Assembly: GCA_964016885.1 (NCBI GenBank)
Contig: OZ024745.1
Coordinates: forward strand, 34,472,001-34,536,000
DNA length: 64,000 nucleotides
Source: Eledone cirrhosa
Taxonomy: Eukaryota
Direction of reading: 5' to 3'
Below are positions 14,057 through 27,777 of this stretch, in pieces. Position 1 is the stretch's first letter. Each line of letters starts with the position of its first letter. A program made the position numbers and the translations under genes. The notes below the pieces were generated by a model. The model made no database searches. It was not told where the DNA came from and saw only the letters and a program-made list of their open reading frames with translations.

Positions 14057-14245
14057 GGCGGTGGATTGGCAGTATCGGTAGAGGGTCGGACGCCATGCTT
14101 TCCAGCATAGTTACGTCTCTTTACGATCTGAGTTCAAATCCCGCCGAGGTTGACTTTGCCTTTCATCCTTACGGGGTCGATAAAATAAAGTACCAGTAAT
14201 GTACTGGATAATTGCTGGCCCTGTGCCAAAAGTAGAAACAATTAT
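14056..14245 (+). mobile_element. tRNA-derived SINE (main family)
   Basis: Full-length copy with A/B boxes and family tail, inside (TA)n. Confidence 0.9.
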
Positions 14246-14253
14246 ATATATAT

Positions 14254-14300
<47 letters not shown>

Positions 14301-14334
14301 CATGTATATATATATGTGTGTGTGTGTGTATATA

Positions 14335-14368
<34 letters not shown>

Positions 14369-15117
14369 ACCAAATTTAAGTTCTTGTTTGTATGCACAGG
14401 GAACAGCAGAAATCTATTATTTTTTAATAGTCAGATCGATCGAAGCATCACTGCCCACGAAATACTGATAGTGTAGTGGAGGCACTTTATTTAATTTCCC
14501 CTGTGAGATTAAAAGTGTATGTTTATTTAAAAGGGTATAGGGCTATAACCTGGAATTGTTGGAGTTGAAGGTGCAATGCATCACAGGTTCATCATCCGAT
14601 TCGACTAAAATGACACTCGACGCACACTGTGAGGAATTTTCCCGTTAGTTCTATCAATAAAAATCCTAAAAATGCAAACTCTATGGAGGTCTTAATAACC
14701 TTCTTATGAAGGTAGCTATAGTTAGTATTAAAAGGTATGTATGTTTATATATTTATAGCTTTTGTTTTGATAGCAGGAGAAATAAAACATAATAGATGGG
14801 AGAGAAGGATGTATGTTTTATTATAGTTGGGAAGTTATACCAGTGATTCGACAGTCCGGAGGTTCATATCTTCTCAGCAATATTATATGTTAAACCAGAT
14901 CTGCTCTATAGTTTGGTATCGTTGCAATACGTTTCTTTTTTTCTTATTCTTTACTTTTCTTATTCGAATTTGATAAAGCGTTTTATACAAAACAGCAGAG
15001 ACTTCCTTCTCTTATTTTTTCACTTTCCTTCTACTTCCTTTAAACTGTCGCCTTTTGACTATTTTCCCCTTTGCACCGTTACCTCATCTTTACCAACACA
15101 CAGAAACGCACACAAGC

Positions 15118-16188
15118 ATGGGTACAAGAATGGGCCCGAACTATGCCAACCTTTTTGTTGGCCATGTTGAGGCCCAAATCTTTGCCTAGTACACCGGCCC
15201 CACGCCCGAACTGTACGGTCGTTACATTGACGACTGTATCGGAGCCACGACCCTCACCCGAGAACAGCTCGACTCCTTTCTCTCCTTCTTCTGCTCCTTC
15301 CCCATCACCTACCACCCCTCCATCTTACCCCTCCACCGCACCATCCGCCGCCTCTTCCGACGCCTTCAGTCCGACCCCTCCACCTCCCACATCTTCCCAA
15401 CCCCACCACTACCCTCGTTCAAACGCGCACGCAACCTCCGCACCCTCCTCGTCCACAGCTCCCTACTCCCCAACCCACACCCCCCCCCGGTTCCTTTCCC
15501 TGTTCTAGGCCCCGCTGCAACACCTGTCCCCACATCACCAACACCACCACCTTCCAGGGTCCCAGCGGCCACTCTCTCTCTGTCCGGCATGCCTTCCGCT
15601 GCACCTCCTCCAACCTAGTCTACGGACTTCGTCGGACAGACGGGACGTCGCCTGGCGGACAGATTCACTGAGCACCTCCGGGATATTCGTCTCGGTGGTA
15701 GTTCCTCCATCGCCCGCCACTTTGGTGCCCCTGGACATTCCGCACGCCATCTTACAGTCTGTGGCCTACTCCAATGCCACGGAACACCCGCCAATCTCCT
15801 CAGAGTCGAACAAAGAACCATCTTCATCTTACAGACCCACACTCCCCCCGGCCTGAACTCCCCACCCTTATTCCTTTAGCCTTCGACCGCCCCCTCCCCC
15901 ACACATATCCCCCACTAACACCACTAACGCACCCCTCCTTTTCACCGCCCACCCCACAACTAACAATACTAACACCTCCACTCCACCCCTCATCCGACCA
16001 CCCTTCCCCAACTAACCTACTAACATCCCTCCCTTCTTCTCCCCCCCCCCTTTGAACTCTCTTCCCAAACACTTCTCACCTGAGGAAGGGCTTATGCCCG
16101 AAACGTCGTTCCCCACCACTCTCCAGAGCGTGAAATTAATAAACATTCGTTGTACTGCCTCTCTGTTTTGTTCCTGTTCAAATTTTCC

Positions 16189-16190
<2 letters not shown>
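15118..16190 (+). mobile_element. Internally deleted Penelope-like element (Neptune-type RT + GIY-YIG) with 3' pLTR
   Basis: Hand translation: MGTRMGPNYANLFVGHVE...YGRYIDDCIG (RT); ITYHP...FKRARNLRTLLVHS; PCSRPRCNTCPHI...FRCTSSNLVY (Zn linker); TGRRLADRFTEHLRDI...IARHF...EQRTIFILQTHTPPGLN (GIY-YIG). Contains a stop and deletions. C-rich strand, ends at (TA)n. Confidence 0.9.
16076..16112 (+). ncRNA. Minimal hammerhead ribozyme in PLE pLTR
   Basis: CTGAGGA-AGGGC-TTAT-GCCC-GAAA-CG-TC, sense to the upstream PLE ORF. Confidence 0.75.
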
Positions 16191-16238
<48 letters not shown>

Positions 16239-16363
16239 GGGAAGTAAGGTTATATACAAAACAGTGTATATAGCGAAAAGTTGAAGTTGGAAATAGACCC
16301 TTAAATATATTTTCCGTGCTATATCCAACTTCACCTTCTCTCTCTCACTCTGTCTCTCTCTCA

Positions 16364-16407
<44 letters not shown>

Positions 16408-17247
16408 TATTTAAGCTAAATAGTGAGTGTTACTCTGGTGTTTCGCCTGTATCTGAATATTTAATGTCTACTTCTGTATTTAGAACTGCTTTCTCAACTA
16501 CATAAATATATAAATATATATATATATATATATCTTTTAATAGAAATTATAAAACCCGATATCAAACGTTGTAATGATGTAATGAGACTGTAAGTTATTA
16601 TACACAATTGCATCAAAGTTATTTAGGAGTATTTATATAAAAGCAAACAAGAGCAATACCGTCCCTTAGTTCACATATAACCATATAAAACGAAAACCTT
16701 GGCTCCTGAACATATTTCCGGTGGATATTTACTCGACCTATACTTATACAAAGTTGCCAGACGTATTCTCTGTTTCTATTCAAGGTTTGAATTACCTAAG
16801 ATACAAAGGCAAATATACTTCTTTTCCTTTGTAGCTTCAAATAATAATACTTAGTAAAATAAATTGTTCTTAAGCAACAGTAGTATAACTAATACAGCAT
16901 TATTCAGAATAGAGACACATGTAATCATATACCATATACGCCTCGATTTTGCATTATGCTGAGTTGGTGCTACTGCTAATTGATACTAGCTCTTTAAGGC
17001 CACGACTATCTGAAACGGAACATCTTAAAAAATGTGATATTTGCAAGATGTGTATATAAGCTATAGCTTTCCTTATGTTAGTCACTGATAATGGATAAAA
17101 ATATTGAAATATTAGTAGTTCTCACACTACCGAGATAGCTGTGATATGATCACACCTTAAAATACTCACAGTGACGCTTATGTATGTAGATTATACATAA
17201 ACATATTGTGTATAATTTTATAAATACACCTCTTATTATTATTATTA

Positions 17248-17457
17248 AGGTCGGTGAATTGGCAAGGGCGGTGAATTGGCAGTATCGGTAGAGGGTCGGA
17301 CGCCATGCTTTGTCGCATAGAGTTACGGCCCTTGCCATTCTGAGTTCAAATCCCGCCGAGGTTAACTTTGCCTTTCATCCTTACGGGGTCGATAAAATAA
17401 AGTACCAGTAATACACTGGGTAATTGCTGGCTTTGTGCCAAAAGTAGAAACAATTAT
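17248..17457 (+). mobile_element. tRNA-derived SINE (main family), 5' end duplicated
   Basis: Family consensus with CGGTGAATTGGCA repeated twice. Confidence 0.9.
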
Positions 17458-17459
17458 CA

Positions 17460-18440
17460 TTCTTAAGGGAGACGAGAAAAATTGCTGTAATTACAGAGGG
17501 GTCCCTTTGTTAAGCCTCCCCGTAAAGTCTACACTAAGTGTCTGACAAATAGACGTAAAGATATTCTCTCTATATGAATTCCTTAGATTTATGTTGGGAT
17601 ACATTGACAAAATCATTCAATGTAAATGTCGGCTTCTGTCAAGGGTACTATTCATAATCACTATGAATGACATGCGCAGCCGGGGTGGAAGTGGTATTGA
17701 TACTAACTGATGTTTGATTAGTCAGCCGGATTTCCGCGGCTGATGGCATTACTTAGCTTGTCAGAAGTTGTTCTCCCGCATGCATATGATAGGTCTGATA
17801 CCGAAGACTACAAGGCAGGAATGAAAATCAGTGCTGCGAAGACTGAGACACTCGACTCCTCAAGAAAGCCTGCGTAGTGCACTCTACATGTGAGTGGAGG
17901 TGGTGGAGAAGTTCAAGTATCTTGGGGCCGTGTTCACGAGTGGTGCAAAGCAAGAGGTTGAAACAAGCGCCAGTATTGCTGGAGCTGGTGCAGTAATGCA
18001 TCAGCTTCAGCATTTGGCGATCTGAAGAAGGGAGGTAGGTATAAAAGCCAAACTTACTATCTTCAATTTGGTATTTGTGCCAACCCTTACCTATGGTCAG
18101 GAATCTTGGGTAATGACCGAAAGAATGCGATTGCTAATACGGGCGGCCGATGTGAGGTTCTTCTCAAAGGTCTTTGGAGTAACGCTACTCGATAGACTGT
18201 GTCGCTCGAAGATTAGAGTGTCACTCCAATTAGAGCCGCTACTTCTCCGAGACCCTCGTCAACACCCCTATCAACATAATTGATTAATATCCATGAGCTC
18301 AGCTGGTCGCGTTGGGATATCGCCGGATGCGGTTGTTTCTGATAGGACACGCAGGAAGGTGTGTTTCAGGACTCTCCCCCAACGACCCCCTCGTGAATGA
18401 GTGTGGGGGGGAGAAGAAGAAGAAGAAGAGGAAGAAGAAT
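17460..18440 (+). mobile_element. Degenerate RTE-clade (Expander/Rex3-like) LINE
   Basis: KGDEKNCCNYRGVPLLSLP, AGMKISAAKTE, VEKFKYLGAVFTSG, VFVPTLTYGQESWVMTERMR...LEPLLLR. (GAA)n tail. Confidence 0.85.
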
Positions 18441-18538
18441 GCTACAGATGATACCTATTCTGTGGATGGTTATAATTTAGATAACAAAAAGGACATGAAA
18501 TACCCATTTCCAGAAGCACACGCAAATGTAAATTCAAG

Positions 18539-18573
<35 letters not shown>

Positions 18574-18582
18574 ATGTATATA

Positions 18583-18652
<70 letters not shown>

Positions 18653-18678
18653 TAAACATATATAAACACACGCATATA

Positions 18679-18737
<59 letters not shown>

Positions 18738-18809
18738 TTATATATGCATGTATGTTGAAGAGTGCGTGTGTATAATTATATATCTATCTACACTTCTATC
18801 TAATCTGTT

Positions 18810-18864
<55 letters not shown>

Positions 18865-18875
18865 TTATCTCTCTC

Positions 18876-18945
<70 letters not shown>

Positions 18946-19157
18946 TCACATCTGCATTTCAGTATATTTGACTACCATTGTACACATGTGATTTCACGGT
19001 TACATTCTTCTTTTATGACTTCTCTCCGTTTTTCTTTGATTTTCACCGCCGTCTCTTGTATTGCAACTGTTTCTATTTAAATAGTTACGCCATCAATTTT
19101 ATCATTTCATAAACCTCGCCTTGTATTAAGTAAACTAAGGTGTTGGCTGTTTTGTTT

Positions 19158-19193
<36 letters not shown>

Positions 19194-19398
19194 CGTGTGT
19201 TTAGTGTATCTTCTCGTTGCATATAGACTGATTCACACACGCACCACACACGCGCGCGCGCGTATAAAGACACACACAAAACACAAGCACATACACATGC
19301 TTACGAACACTATATCCTCTAATAAATTATTTTCATTTACAGGATGTACTTTAATGTGCCCTGTATATCTAATTATCTATCTATCTATCGGTTGATTG

Positions 19399-21206
19399 CT
19401 GCAATGCACAACAGCAACATCTGCTCAAGGGTCAAGGTGAACGCCTACCTCTCGGAGTCGTTCCATATCACGCGATCCATCCGACAGGGATGCCCTCTCT
19501 CCTCCCTTCTGTAGGCTCGAGCCACTACTGCGGATTTGGAGCTATTGCAGAGCATCCCTTTGGAACCGGGACTGCGAAAAGCGGCGTCAGCCTACGCCGA
19601 TGACGTGACACTGATGGTGTGGAGCACCTCGCAAATCGGGGAGATCGGCACCTTACTGGAGGAACACGAAAGGTTCACAGGAGCGAAGCTGAACCGGGAC
19701 AAATCTGTCGGTTTGCAACTTGGAACGTGGAGTGGCAAACCGATGCCTTCCGATGACGTCGTCGGACGCTGGACGGAAGGACCGGTAAAGCTGCTCGGGG
19801 TCTGGTTTGGTCCTGACCTCCAGGTGGAGAAAACTGGAACGAGGTGACGGCCAAGGACTTTGCGCTCTCCCAGAAGTGGGCCGAGTGCAAACTATCCTTG
19901 AAAGGTCGAGCGGAGGTGGCGAACACTTTTATAGCGTCCGTCATCTACTACCGCTTGACCGTTGTGCCTTGTCCAGCTAAAACGCTCACCAAAATGGAGC
20001 GCGCGCTCTTCCAATCCCTTTGGAAGAAACGGGCTCCTTTGGTGAGAAGATCCATCTGCTGCCAACACCCTTCAGACGGAGGGCAGGGGTTGCTGTGGCT
20101 GACGATGCGCAAACACGCGCTCAGGCTGCGGCACCTCCACGTATTCCTCACCAGACAACCGGTGTGGGCCCCGTTCGTGAGGTGAGCCTTCCCACGACTC
20201 GTCTCACTGACCGAGCTGCAGACCAGGGTCAAGCAAAGACCGAGGAAAATGGGCGACTGGCATATCGAATGTGCTGAGGCGCTCACAGTCCTCTGGCAAA
20301 CGGGCCCGGCGATCAGTGGAGACTTCACTTCGACATTCTATAGAGGGTTGGTCCGCAGCAAGTGCGATGACACACTCGGAGAAACTCTAGGCGTAGAGGA
20401 GGACGATCTGGCCAGTCTGTTCGATAAGACCTTTCGCCCGGGACCAATGGACAACTTCCAAAAGTCCCTGGCCTGGCAGTGCTACCGAGGAGCTCTACCA
20501 GTTCGAGACAAGCTCTACAGACACAGGCGCCCGGGTAGGGACCCTTCGAAAAAGATATGTCCGAGATGCATGCGCGACGAGAAAACCGTTGCATACGCAT
20601 TTGTACACTGCCCGGGCGTTACCGACCTGTGGCGCTATGTAGAACGACTATTATCGCGTCTGGGACCAATCCAGTTGACCACCGAGTCCATTGTCATGAT
20701 CAAACTGCCACCCTCCTTCAAAAACGAGGGAGAGTCAGTTTTCCTATGTGTTATGGCTATGGTGAAAGAGGTTATATGGTGGACGAGGTTAAAAGGGCTG
20801 AGGTCAGACACCTTTCTCTCCGGCGAGCAACTGATTCGTTTTTTCAAATATCATTTTGGAAGAAGAATCAGGATGGAGAGAGAGGTGCTGTACCCCAGCA
20901 AGTTTTATAAAAGGTGGGTGAATGTGGCAAAGATGGCCCGAGTGGTTTGGCCTTCTCTCTATATAAGCCTGTAGGTTGAGGAAAAAGAGGAAGAGAGGAA
21001 GGGAGTACTCACTCTTGGTGCTCCTAGAGATGAGGGTTGTACATTTTTTCGGGATGTGTACAACCCCTGTGTAACACCTCCCCCTATTGGGGATTTCAAT
21101 TGTTATTTGTTATTGTATTAATAGTTTTATTTTCATATACCTGTATGTAAACTCCCCATTTGTATTTGTCCCCTTCTTTTGTGCCCTTGTGGCTAATAAA
21201 GAAATG
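19399..21206 (+). mobile_element. 5'-truncated Tx1/L1-clade LINE (RT C-half + CCHC zinc finger, frameshifted)
   Basis: RSIRQGCPLSPLL, SAYADDVT, KLLGVWFG, LSLKGRAEVANTFIAS, CPRC...H.FVHCP-type finger. 17-bp TSD TATCTATCGGT(T/G)GATTG at 19382-19398 and 21207-21223. Confidence 0.92.
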
Positions 21207-21213
21207 TATCTAT

Positions 21214-21419
21214 CGGTGGATTGTCTGTGTTGGTAGAGGGTCGGACGTCATGCTTTGCAGCATAGAGTTACGATTTGAGTTCAAATCCCGCCGAGGTTAA
21301 TTTGCCTTTCATCCTAACGGGGTTGATAAAATAAAGTACCCGTCACGTAATGGGGTAGATTTAATCGACATTCGCCTCCCCCAAAATTGATGGCCTTGTG
21401 CCTATATAAGAAACCATTA
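21214..21419 (+). mobile_element. tRNA-derived SINE (main family, longer-tail variant)
   Basis: Family head and core, with extra GGGGTAGATTTAATCGAC...CCCCCAAAATT segment. Confidence 0.85.
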
Positions 21420-23096
21420 CCGATAAATAATAAAAAAATAAAGAAATCTATCTATCTATATCTATCTATATACATATATATCCTTTCTCTCCCCCTCTCT
21501 CTCTCTCACTCTCTCTTTATATATATATATAAAGAGAGAGATAGATAGATAGATCTATGTGTGTGGGTTTGTATATGTATATATACATGAGTACGTTTAT
21601 CTATATATGTGTTTGCTCTAGTGTTCGTGTAACCTTATGTTTAACTGACTATACATGATTACATATTAATTGGTATATACTAAGTTCCACATATCTTGAT
21701 AAGACGTAACTATGTTTCTGTATATATATCTACATCCAATTGGCAATATGTAAATCTCAGTATCTGAATGTATGTATGACTTTGTGTTTGTATGTATACC
21801 TCGTGTTACTGCCTTCGTGTGTGTGCGGAAGGTATGTGTGTATTATTAGATAAATTATATTTATTATAAATAACCTCTGCTATCTACCCACGGTTGATTT
21901 GACTTTAACTATGCACATAAATGTTTCGCCGTGTATATAAAGAGGAATTTTCTCTAAGCATACCGAATAATATTTCACCAGCGGCACCTACTATAAAGTA
22001 GTAGATGCAGCATAGCCGAATAGTTAACAAGTTTGCTTCGCAATCAGTAAATCTTGTGTTCGATACCACTGGGTGGCATGTTCAGCAAGTGTCGAACAAG
22101 TTCATGATTATCGTCGAAATCGACGGAGAATCCAGCACCACATATCTACATATCTATCATTCTTAGTAATTTAGTTAGGTGTTCTCTTGATGTTGTCATT
22201 CAAGTTAAATGTATTAATATTTAAAAGAAATTATAATGAAATATAAAAATATTGACAGCATTTTTCTCACATACAAAAATAAAATCGTCGAACTTTTTCT
22301 CCAAGTTCAGACAAGTTAAGTGAGCTGATAACACTTTAATACATTTTCTTAATTATTTCTGTCAAGCATTTCCCAAGACACCATATTTCTCTGGAAACTT
22401 CCAAATTTGAGATTAATATATTATTTATAGTAAACAATTTGCATATTATTATTCAGGTAAAAAATACCTTGACGTGTAATATCAAGAGATTATTCTTGAA
22501 GACTTTACTTGTAGTCATTTATAAGATAGTTATGTTTAAGATAACATCCTATTTTCAGATCAAATTTTCTATAGAAATCAACTGTTGTCTTGAGATCAAT
22601 AGTTATAATTAAAGGTCATATTGGAATTAACTCAATATGTAAAACAAAAACGGCGCAAAAACATGGCTGTATAGATAAGGATTTGGGTTCGCTACCGAGC
22701 GGTTCCATATTCACTTTCACTTAGGGCATCATATATATATATATATATGACGTTGAATAACTTGTGCATCATTTGGTGTAAATGGATTTGTTTAAAGAGC
22801 TAATGGATCATCTATAAAAGAGGTTATTTCATCACGTGTCAACCTCCCCATGTTGTATTCCCAAGATATTTTACAATCATCTACATAGCGTGCAAACAAC
22901 CTCATTTCGTTCTGATGATGGCTCTGAGAATCTCCTGAAACGTTAATGGACTAATGAATTTAGGAACGCTGTTGCCGTGAGAAAAACATAAATAATTTAA
23001 AGAAAATCCTAAATAAAACCTTAAATACACCTTTAATAAAGGTATATGTGTAAACTCACACGTACAGATACACACGCACTCACATCTCACACACGC

Positions 23097-23132
<36 letters not shown>

Positions 23133-23136
23133 GTGT

Positions 23137-23196
<60 letters not shown>

Positions 23197-24945
23197 ATAT
23201 GATATCATTTATTGAAAGGCAGAATCGTTAGAGCGTTGGACAATATCTTTTCGCTATTTATTCCGACTCTCTTCCTTCTGAGATTATATATCGCCCGGTT
23301 TAAGTTTGCCTTTTATCATTTCTTGGCTGACAAAAATAAAAGGACTCATCAAGTACGTGGCTTGTTATGATACATTTCACCTTAGCTAAAATTGCTGACC
23401 TTGTACCTAATTTGGAAACAATTATTATTTATTGAAAGTAATTTAAACAAGTTTCGATAAATGGTTGTCGAAAGATAGATTTACGAAATAAACAATAAAA
23501 GACGGAATATGAGTGGATTATGTAGTTAAACTCCCTTATAAACTGTGCACTGGTTTCATTTGACCGAAAATTCTTGAATCGCTTTTGAAAAAGTAAGAAG
23601 AAATTTAAAGATACGGGAACGAAAGCCGGCACCCGGCTATTTAGCACCTATAATTTGCGACCCATTCTCTTATATAAAATGTTAGTAGGTTAATTAGCAC
23701 GTCGGATTAAAAACATTTCGATTCTTGTTCTCTTTCTCTGGAATAAATCAGCTTTTAGCCAGTCTGGAGAGGGATGTATTCCACAACATTTAAAATGTTA
23801 GGACGGCACCCCTAAAGCTCTTTCAAGAGTTAACAGCCCTTTTATAGTTTAGTAAGCTGGCAATCTAAAATTTGAAGCTTCTTGCTCTCACAAATACTCT
23901 AAGAAAAGTACTGAGTCTTCATTTTCTAATACGTAATCCACATTCACCCACAGCAAATCTTGTTACAAGTCATCGCACCATATGGCCTTCTACGCCGCTT
24001 TGGATCTTTCCATAATGTGGATACACCGCAAATATATTTAAAGAAGTGTTTTTTCATAACAGGAAATTATTATTAATTTAATTTAATATATGTACGAAAC
24101 ATCTTTTAATGTTTAGTAATATACTCCTCTGAGCTCTACAATCTAGGCAGCTGTTGACTCTCACACTAGCTATGTTTCTCTTGACGTTCTATAGCTATCA
24201 AGTCTCTCTTTTGGTTTCGGGATATCACTCTCTGTAATAATCTTATATGTTGTATATATAAACCCTATATTGGCTATCTATACTATCTATAGTGTTAAAT
24301 AGTGTTTCTGATATATTAATGGTGACAGTAGAATCTAAATATAGCATGGACGTTTTGATAAATAATGATTTATTGGAAAGAGACTATAAATGTTTGAAGA
24401 GTCCTCAGTCGATTATATTGATCCTAGTACTTAAGGGATATTTATTTTATCGATTTCAGAAGGAGGAAAGAAAAATTGACGCAGGCAGGCGTTTGAACTA
24501 AAAAGTAAAAGTACATATGTAACCATACACTTTAATGCATTTTTACGGTGCTCTACCAATTCACTTACTCCATTCACCTCTTTATTTTGATAAACATCTC
24601 AAATATAGCTTGCAACTGTACAAGAGTGACCTTTATCCGCCTGTATATGTGCACAAAATCTATCATTCCTGTATTATTATCTACCATACCTTTCATCTTT
24701 CCGTAGCCGATAAATAAGTACCAGTCAGGAAATGCAGTCGATCTGCACTGACAAAGTCTTGCCTCTAAATATGGGCCTTGTTTCCTCTTTATGTGAGAAA
24801 TTCACACACACGCGCGCGCGCGTACACGTATAGGCAGGCGTGTGTGTGTGTGCGTATGTGTGCATGTGTTTATAAGTATATATGTCTATATGTTTGTACA
24901 TGACTATAGACACACACACACGCGCGCAAATACACACACACACAC

Positions 24946-24993
<48 letters not shown>

Positions 24994-25096
24994 TTGTGTC
25001 TATAAATACGCTCGTTGCAGCTTTAAGGTACATATTAATATGTTTCTGATACACTCACACAGAAAAAAGAATATCCTTCTTTGTATAACATTATTT

Positions 25097-25275
25097 TTGG
25101 CAGTATCGGTAGAGGGTTGGACGCCATGCTTTCTAGCATAGTTACGTCCCTTTACACTCTGAGTTCAAATCCCGCCGAGGTTAACTTTGCCTTTCATCCT
25201 TATGGGGTCGATAAAATAAAGTACCAGTAATGTACTGGGTAATTGCTGGCCTTGTGCCAAAAGTAGAAACAATTA
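25097..25275 (+). mobile_element. tRNA-derived SINE (main family)
   Basis: Family consensus. Confidence 0.9.
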
Positions 25276-25649
25276 TTTTTATAATATGTTATCATTGTGA
25301 TAATTTGTACATAATTTCTATTTAAATAACATAGTCAAAAACAACAAACACAAAAGAAGAATATATATGAATATAAATTGCTTCGAGGTCAGAACGCAGC
25401 CAATCTCTGAAAGAGAGAGGGTGATAAATAATGAGATAGATTTATAGATAAATAGATAGATAGCTAAAGAGAGAGAAAGAGAATCGGTCGTAGTTCAAGT
25501 CATTCATTTATTGACATGGAAAGGATAAAATGCAAAGATGACCGTGGCGGTATTTGAACTTAGAATGCTGAGAGCCGAAATATATATCGAGGCCTTTTTA
25601 ATTCGATGTCATTAAATCTAAATAAACAACAACTTGGATATATGATATA

Positions 25650-25827
25650 CCATATTTCTCGGCGTTAAAGAGGCTACTTTTTTTCCTAAAATAAGTCTCA
25701 AATATCTACCATGCGTCCTGGAGGGCGAACATTGTTTTTTTTTTTTGTTTTTTTTTTTTCAATATTTGGTTGTCAAAATTAGAGTGCGTCCTCGAGAACG
25801 AAGCGTCTTCGGTACCGGGAAATACGG
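25650..25827. mobile_element. pogo/Tc2-like MITE
   Basis: TA-CCATATTTCTCGG...CCGGGAAATACGG-TA: imperfect TIRs of CCGTATTT type with TA TSD. Confidence 0.7.
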
Positions 25828-27696
25828 TAATACAAATAGAAATCTACTGTGATCATCTTCATTAAAAATGAAACTTTAATATTGTTGCATTTACAAAGTT
25901 TCTCGACTTTTGCAACTGTAAAATGTAAATTACTGTCATCTAAGTCGAACCCATGGCGGTATCCTTACTTACCGTGATCCGCAAGAATGAGCCCCACACA
26001 TTGGGCTGGCTTTTTTTAGCGTATTTTAGTCGCTGAACTCCGGGATAACGCATTCTCAACTGTGTCCTCTGGAACCATGATGCAATATCTATCTCATGTT
26101 GCGCAAATGATTGAAAGGATATAATACTAGTCATAGAATAGAGTTGTTTCCCTTCACGATTCATCTAAGTTGTAATAATTAATGTTCACCATATAGCATT
26201 TATATAGTCTGTAACCTAGCTTCAAGAACTGTTATGTTCTGTGAAACTTTTAATTATATTTAATCAAGCACTAAATTTAAAGATAATCACATATACTCCC
26301 CCTATAGTATATTCACGCCTTCAACGAAGATGCAACACTGAAGATAATAAATATAATTAGTTAAATACATCTTTCGATAAACATTCATTCAGCAGAGATT
26401 TAGAAGAAAAAAAAAACAAAAGGAAATTTAAAACCTATCATAAAGTAAATTGTCATACTAAATACACGCAATACATATCATATAATAAATATAAACGTGT
26501 AATATACGTGTAATATATTGGTGGGAAAGGAAAAAAACGAAATATCAGCATGTGGTTTAAAATAATTAGATTTCCATCTTTGATTTATATAAAGAATTTG
26601 TGAATCAACTCTATTCATCAATGATGCTATCACAAGAATTTAAATTTAGATGAAACTACTGCTGAGAAACCAGGTTATAAGACAGTTAAAATCAAACTTA
26701 AGGAAAGGAATAATACTGAAATCATTGCAGAAAGTAATAAATCAGAATGTGGTTATGTTCCCTGAATTGCTTTGCTGCTCTCCAACTCAACACCACTATT
26801 CATTATAGATCGTTAGTAATTTCCTTTCACTCCGACATTTTATAAAGACCATTAATAAGCCACGTAGAGATAAATGAACAACGAAAACAATAATTTAACA
26901 AAGCGCTGGCACGTTATAAATTCAACCAATACATACATCTATATATTGCACAAAGCATTTCAAGGTTATCAAAATGGAAAGGATACGAGGTAAATGATAT
27001 ATAGACAAGGGTGGGGAAAATGATTAATAGAAATCGATATAATTTTGTTATTTTTATAGAATATATTGATTAAATATATTTAATTATATAAGGTTTTGAT
27101 AATAACATAGTAATAAACTTATGTGAGCTCTTTTTTATGTATCTTTATAAGATAATTTCTTTCCAGGATCTTCTCTAAATGTTACTCAAATATATTTCCC
27201 CGCCCCGTTAAAGACTAAAACTAGTCATATTTCAAAAATGGGTTAAATTGGACGAAGCCGTGTATTTTTTTATATTCTATCTCTACATATCACACCCTGT
27301 TAATAGGCATTATGTACGCTACACAAAATAAAGTACCAGTAATCTACTGGGATAATTGCTGGCCTTGTGCCAATAGCAGAAACAATTATGTACGCTACAC
27401 ATAATATAATGTCTCTACATTATAAGGTTTGTCTACACATCATATGCTCTCGCTCTAAATCAAGAGTTGATTTTCGCCATCATATCTTGTATCAGCACAT
27501 CGTATACTATTGGTCCGCATCAAATACACGCTCTACTCATCATACACACGATCTACTATCGCTACACATCTACACATCACAGGTAAGCATATTCTCACTC
27601 TACCTATCAAATTTTTTGAATGAGATATAACATAGTTTTATTTAGTAAAGTTGAAGGTAAAAATGGAAGGCAATCCTACACACACATATATATATA

Positions 27697-27774
<78 letters not shown>

Positions 27775-27777
<3 letters not shown>

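Noticed and set aside
14056-14245. tRNA genes at SINE heads
   Set aside because: A/B boxes are present but there is no complete cloverleaf, and they continue into a shared SINE body.
14545-14600. Degenerate HHR-like motifs here (minus strand), at ~46385-46456 and at ~60160-60230
   Set aside because: Stems are present but core boxes are mutated, so not distinguishable from chance by eye.
15071-15508. 145-aa Pro/Ser-rich ORF
   Set aside because: Alternate frame of the C-rich PLE.
26600-26765. Possible exon (DETTAEKPGYKTVKIKLKERNNTEIIAESNKSEC)
   Set aside because: Short, weak splice signals, no recognisable homology.
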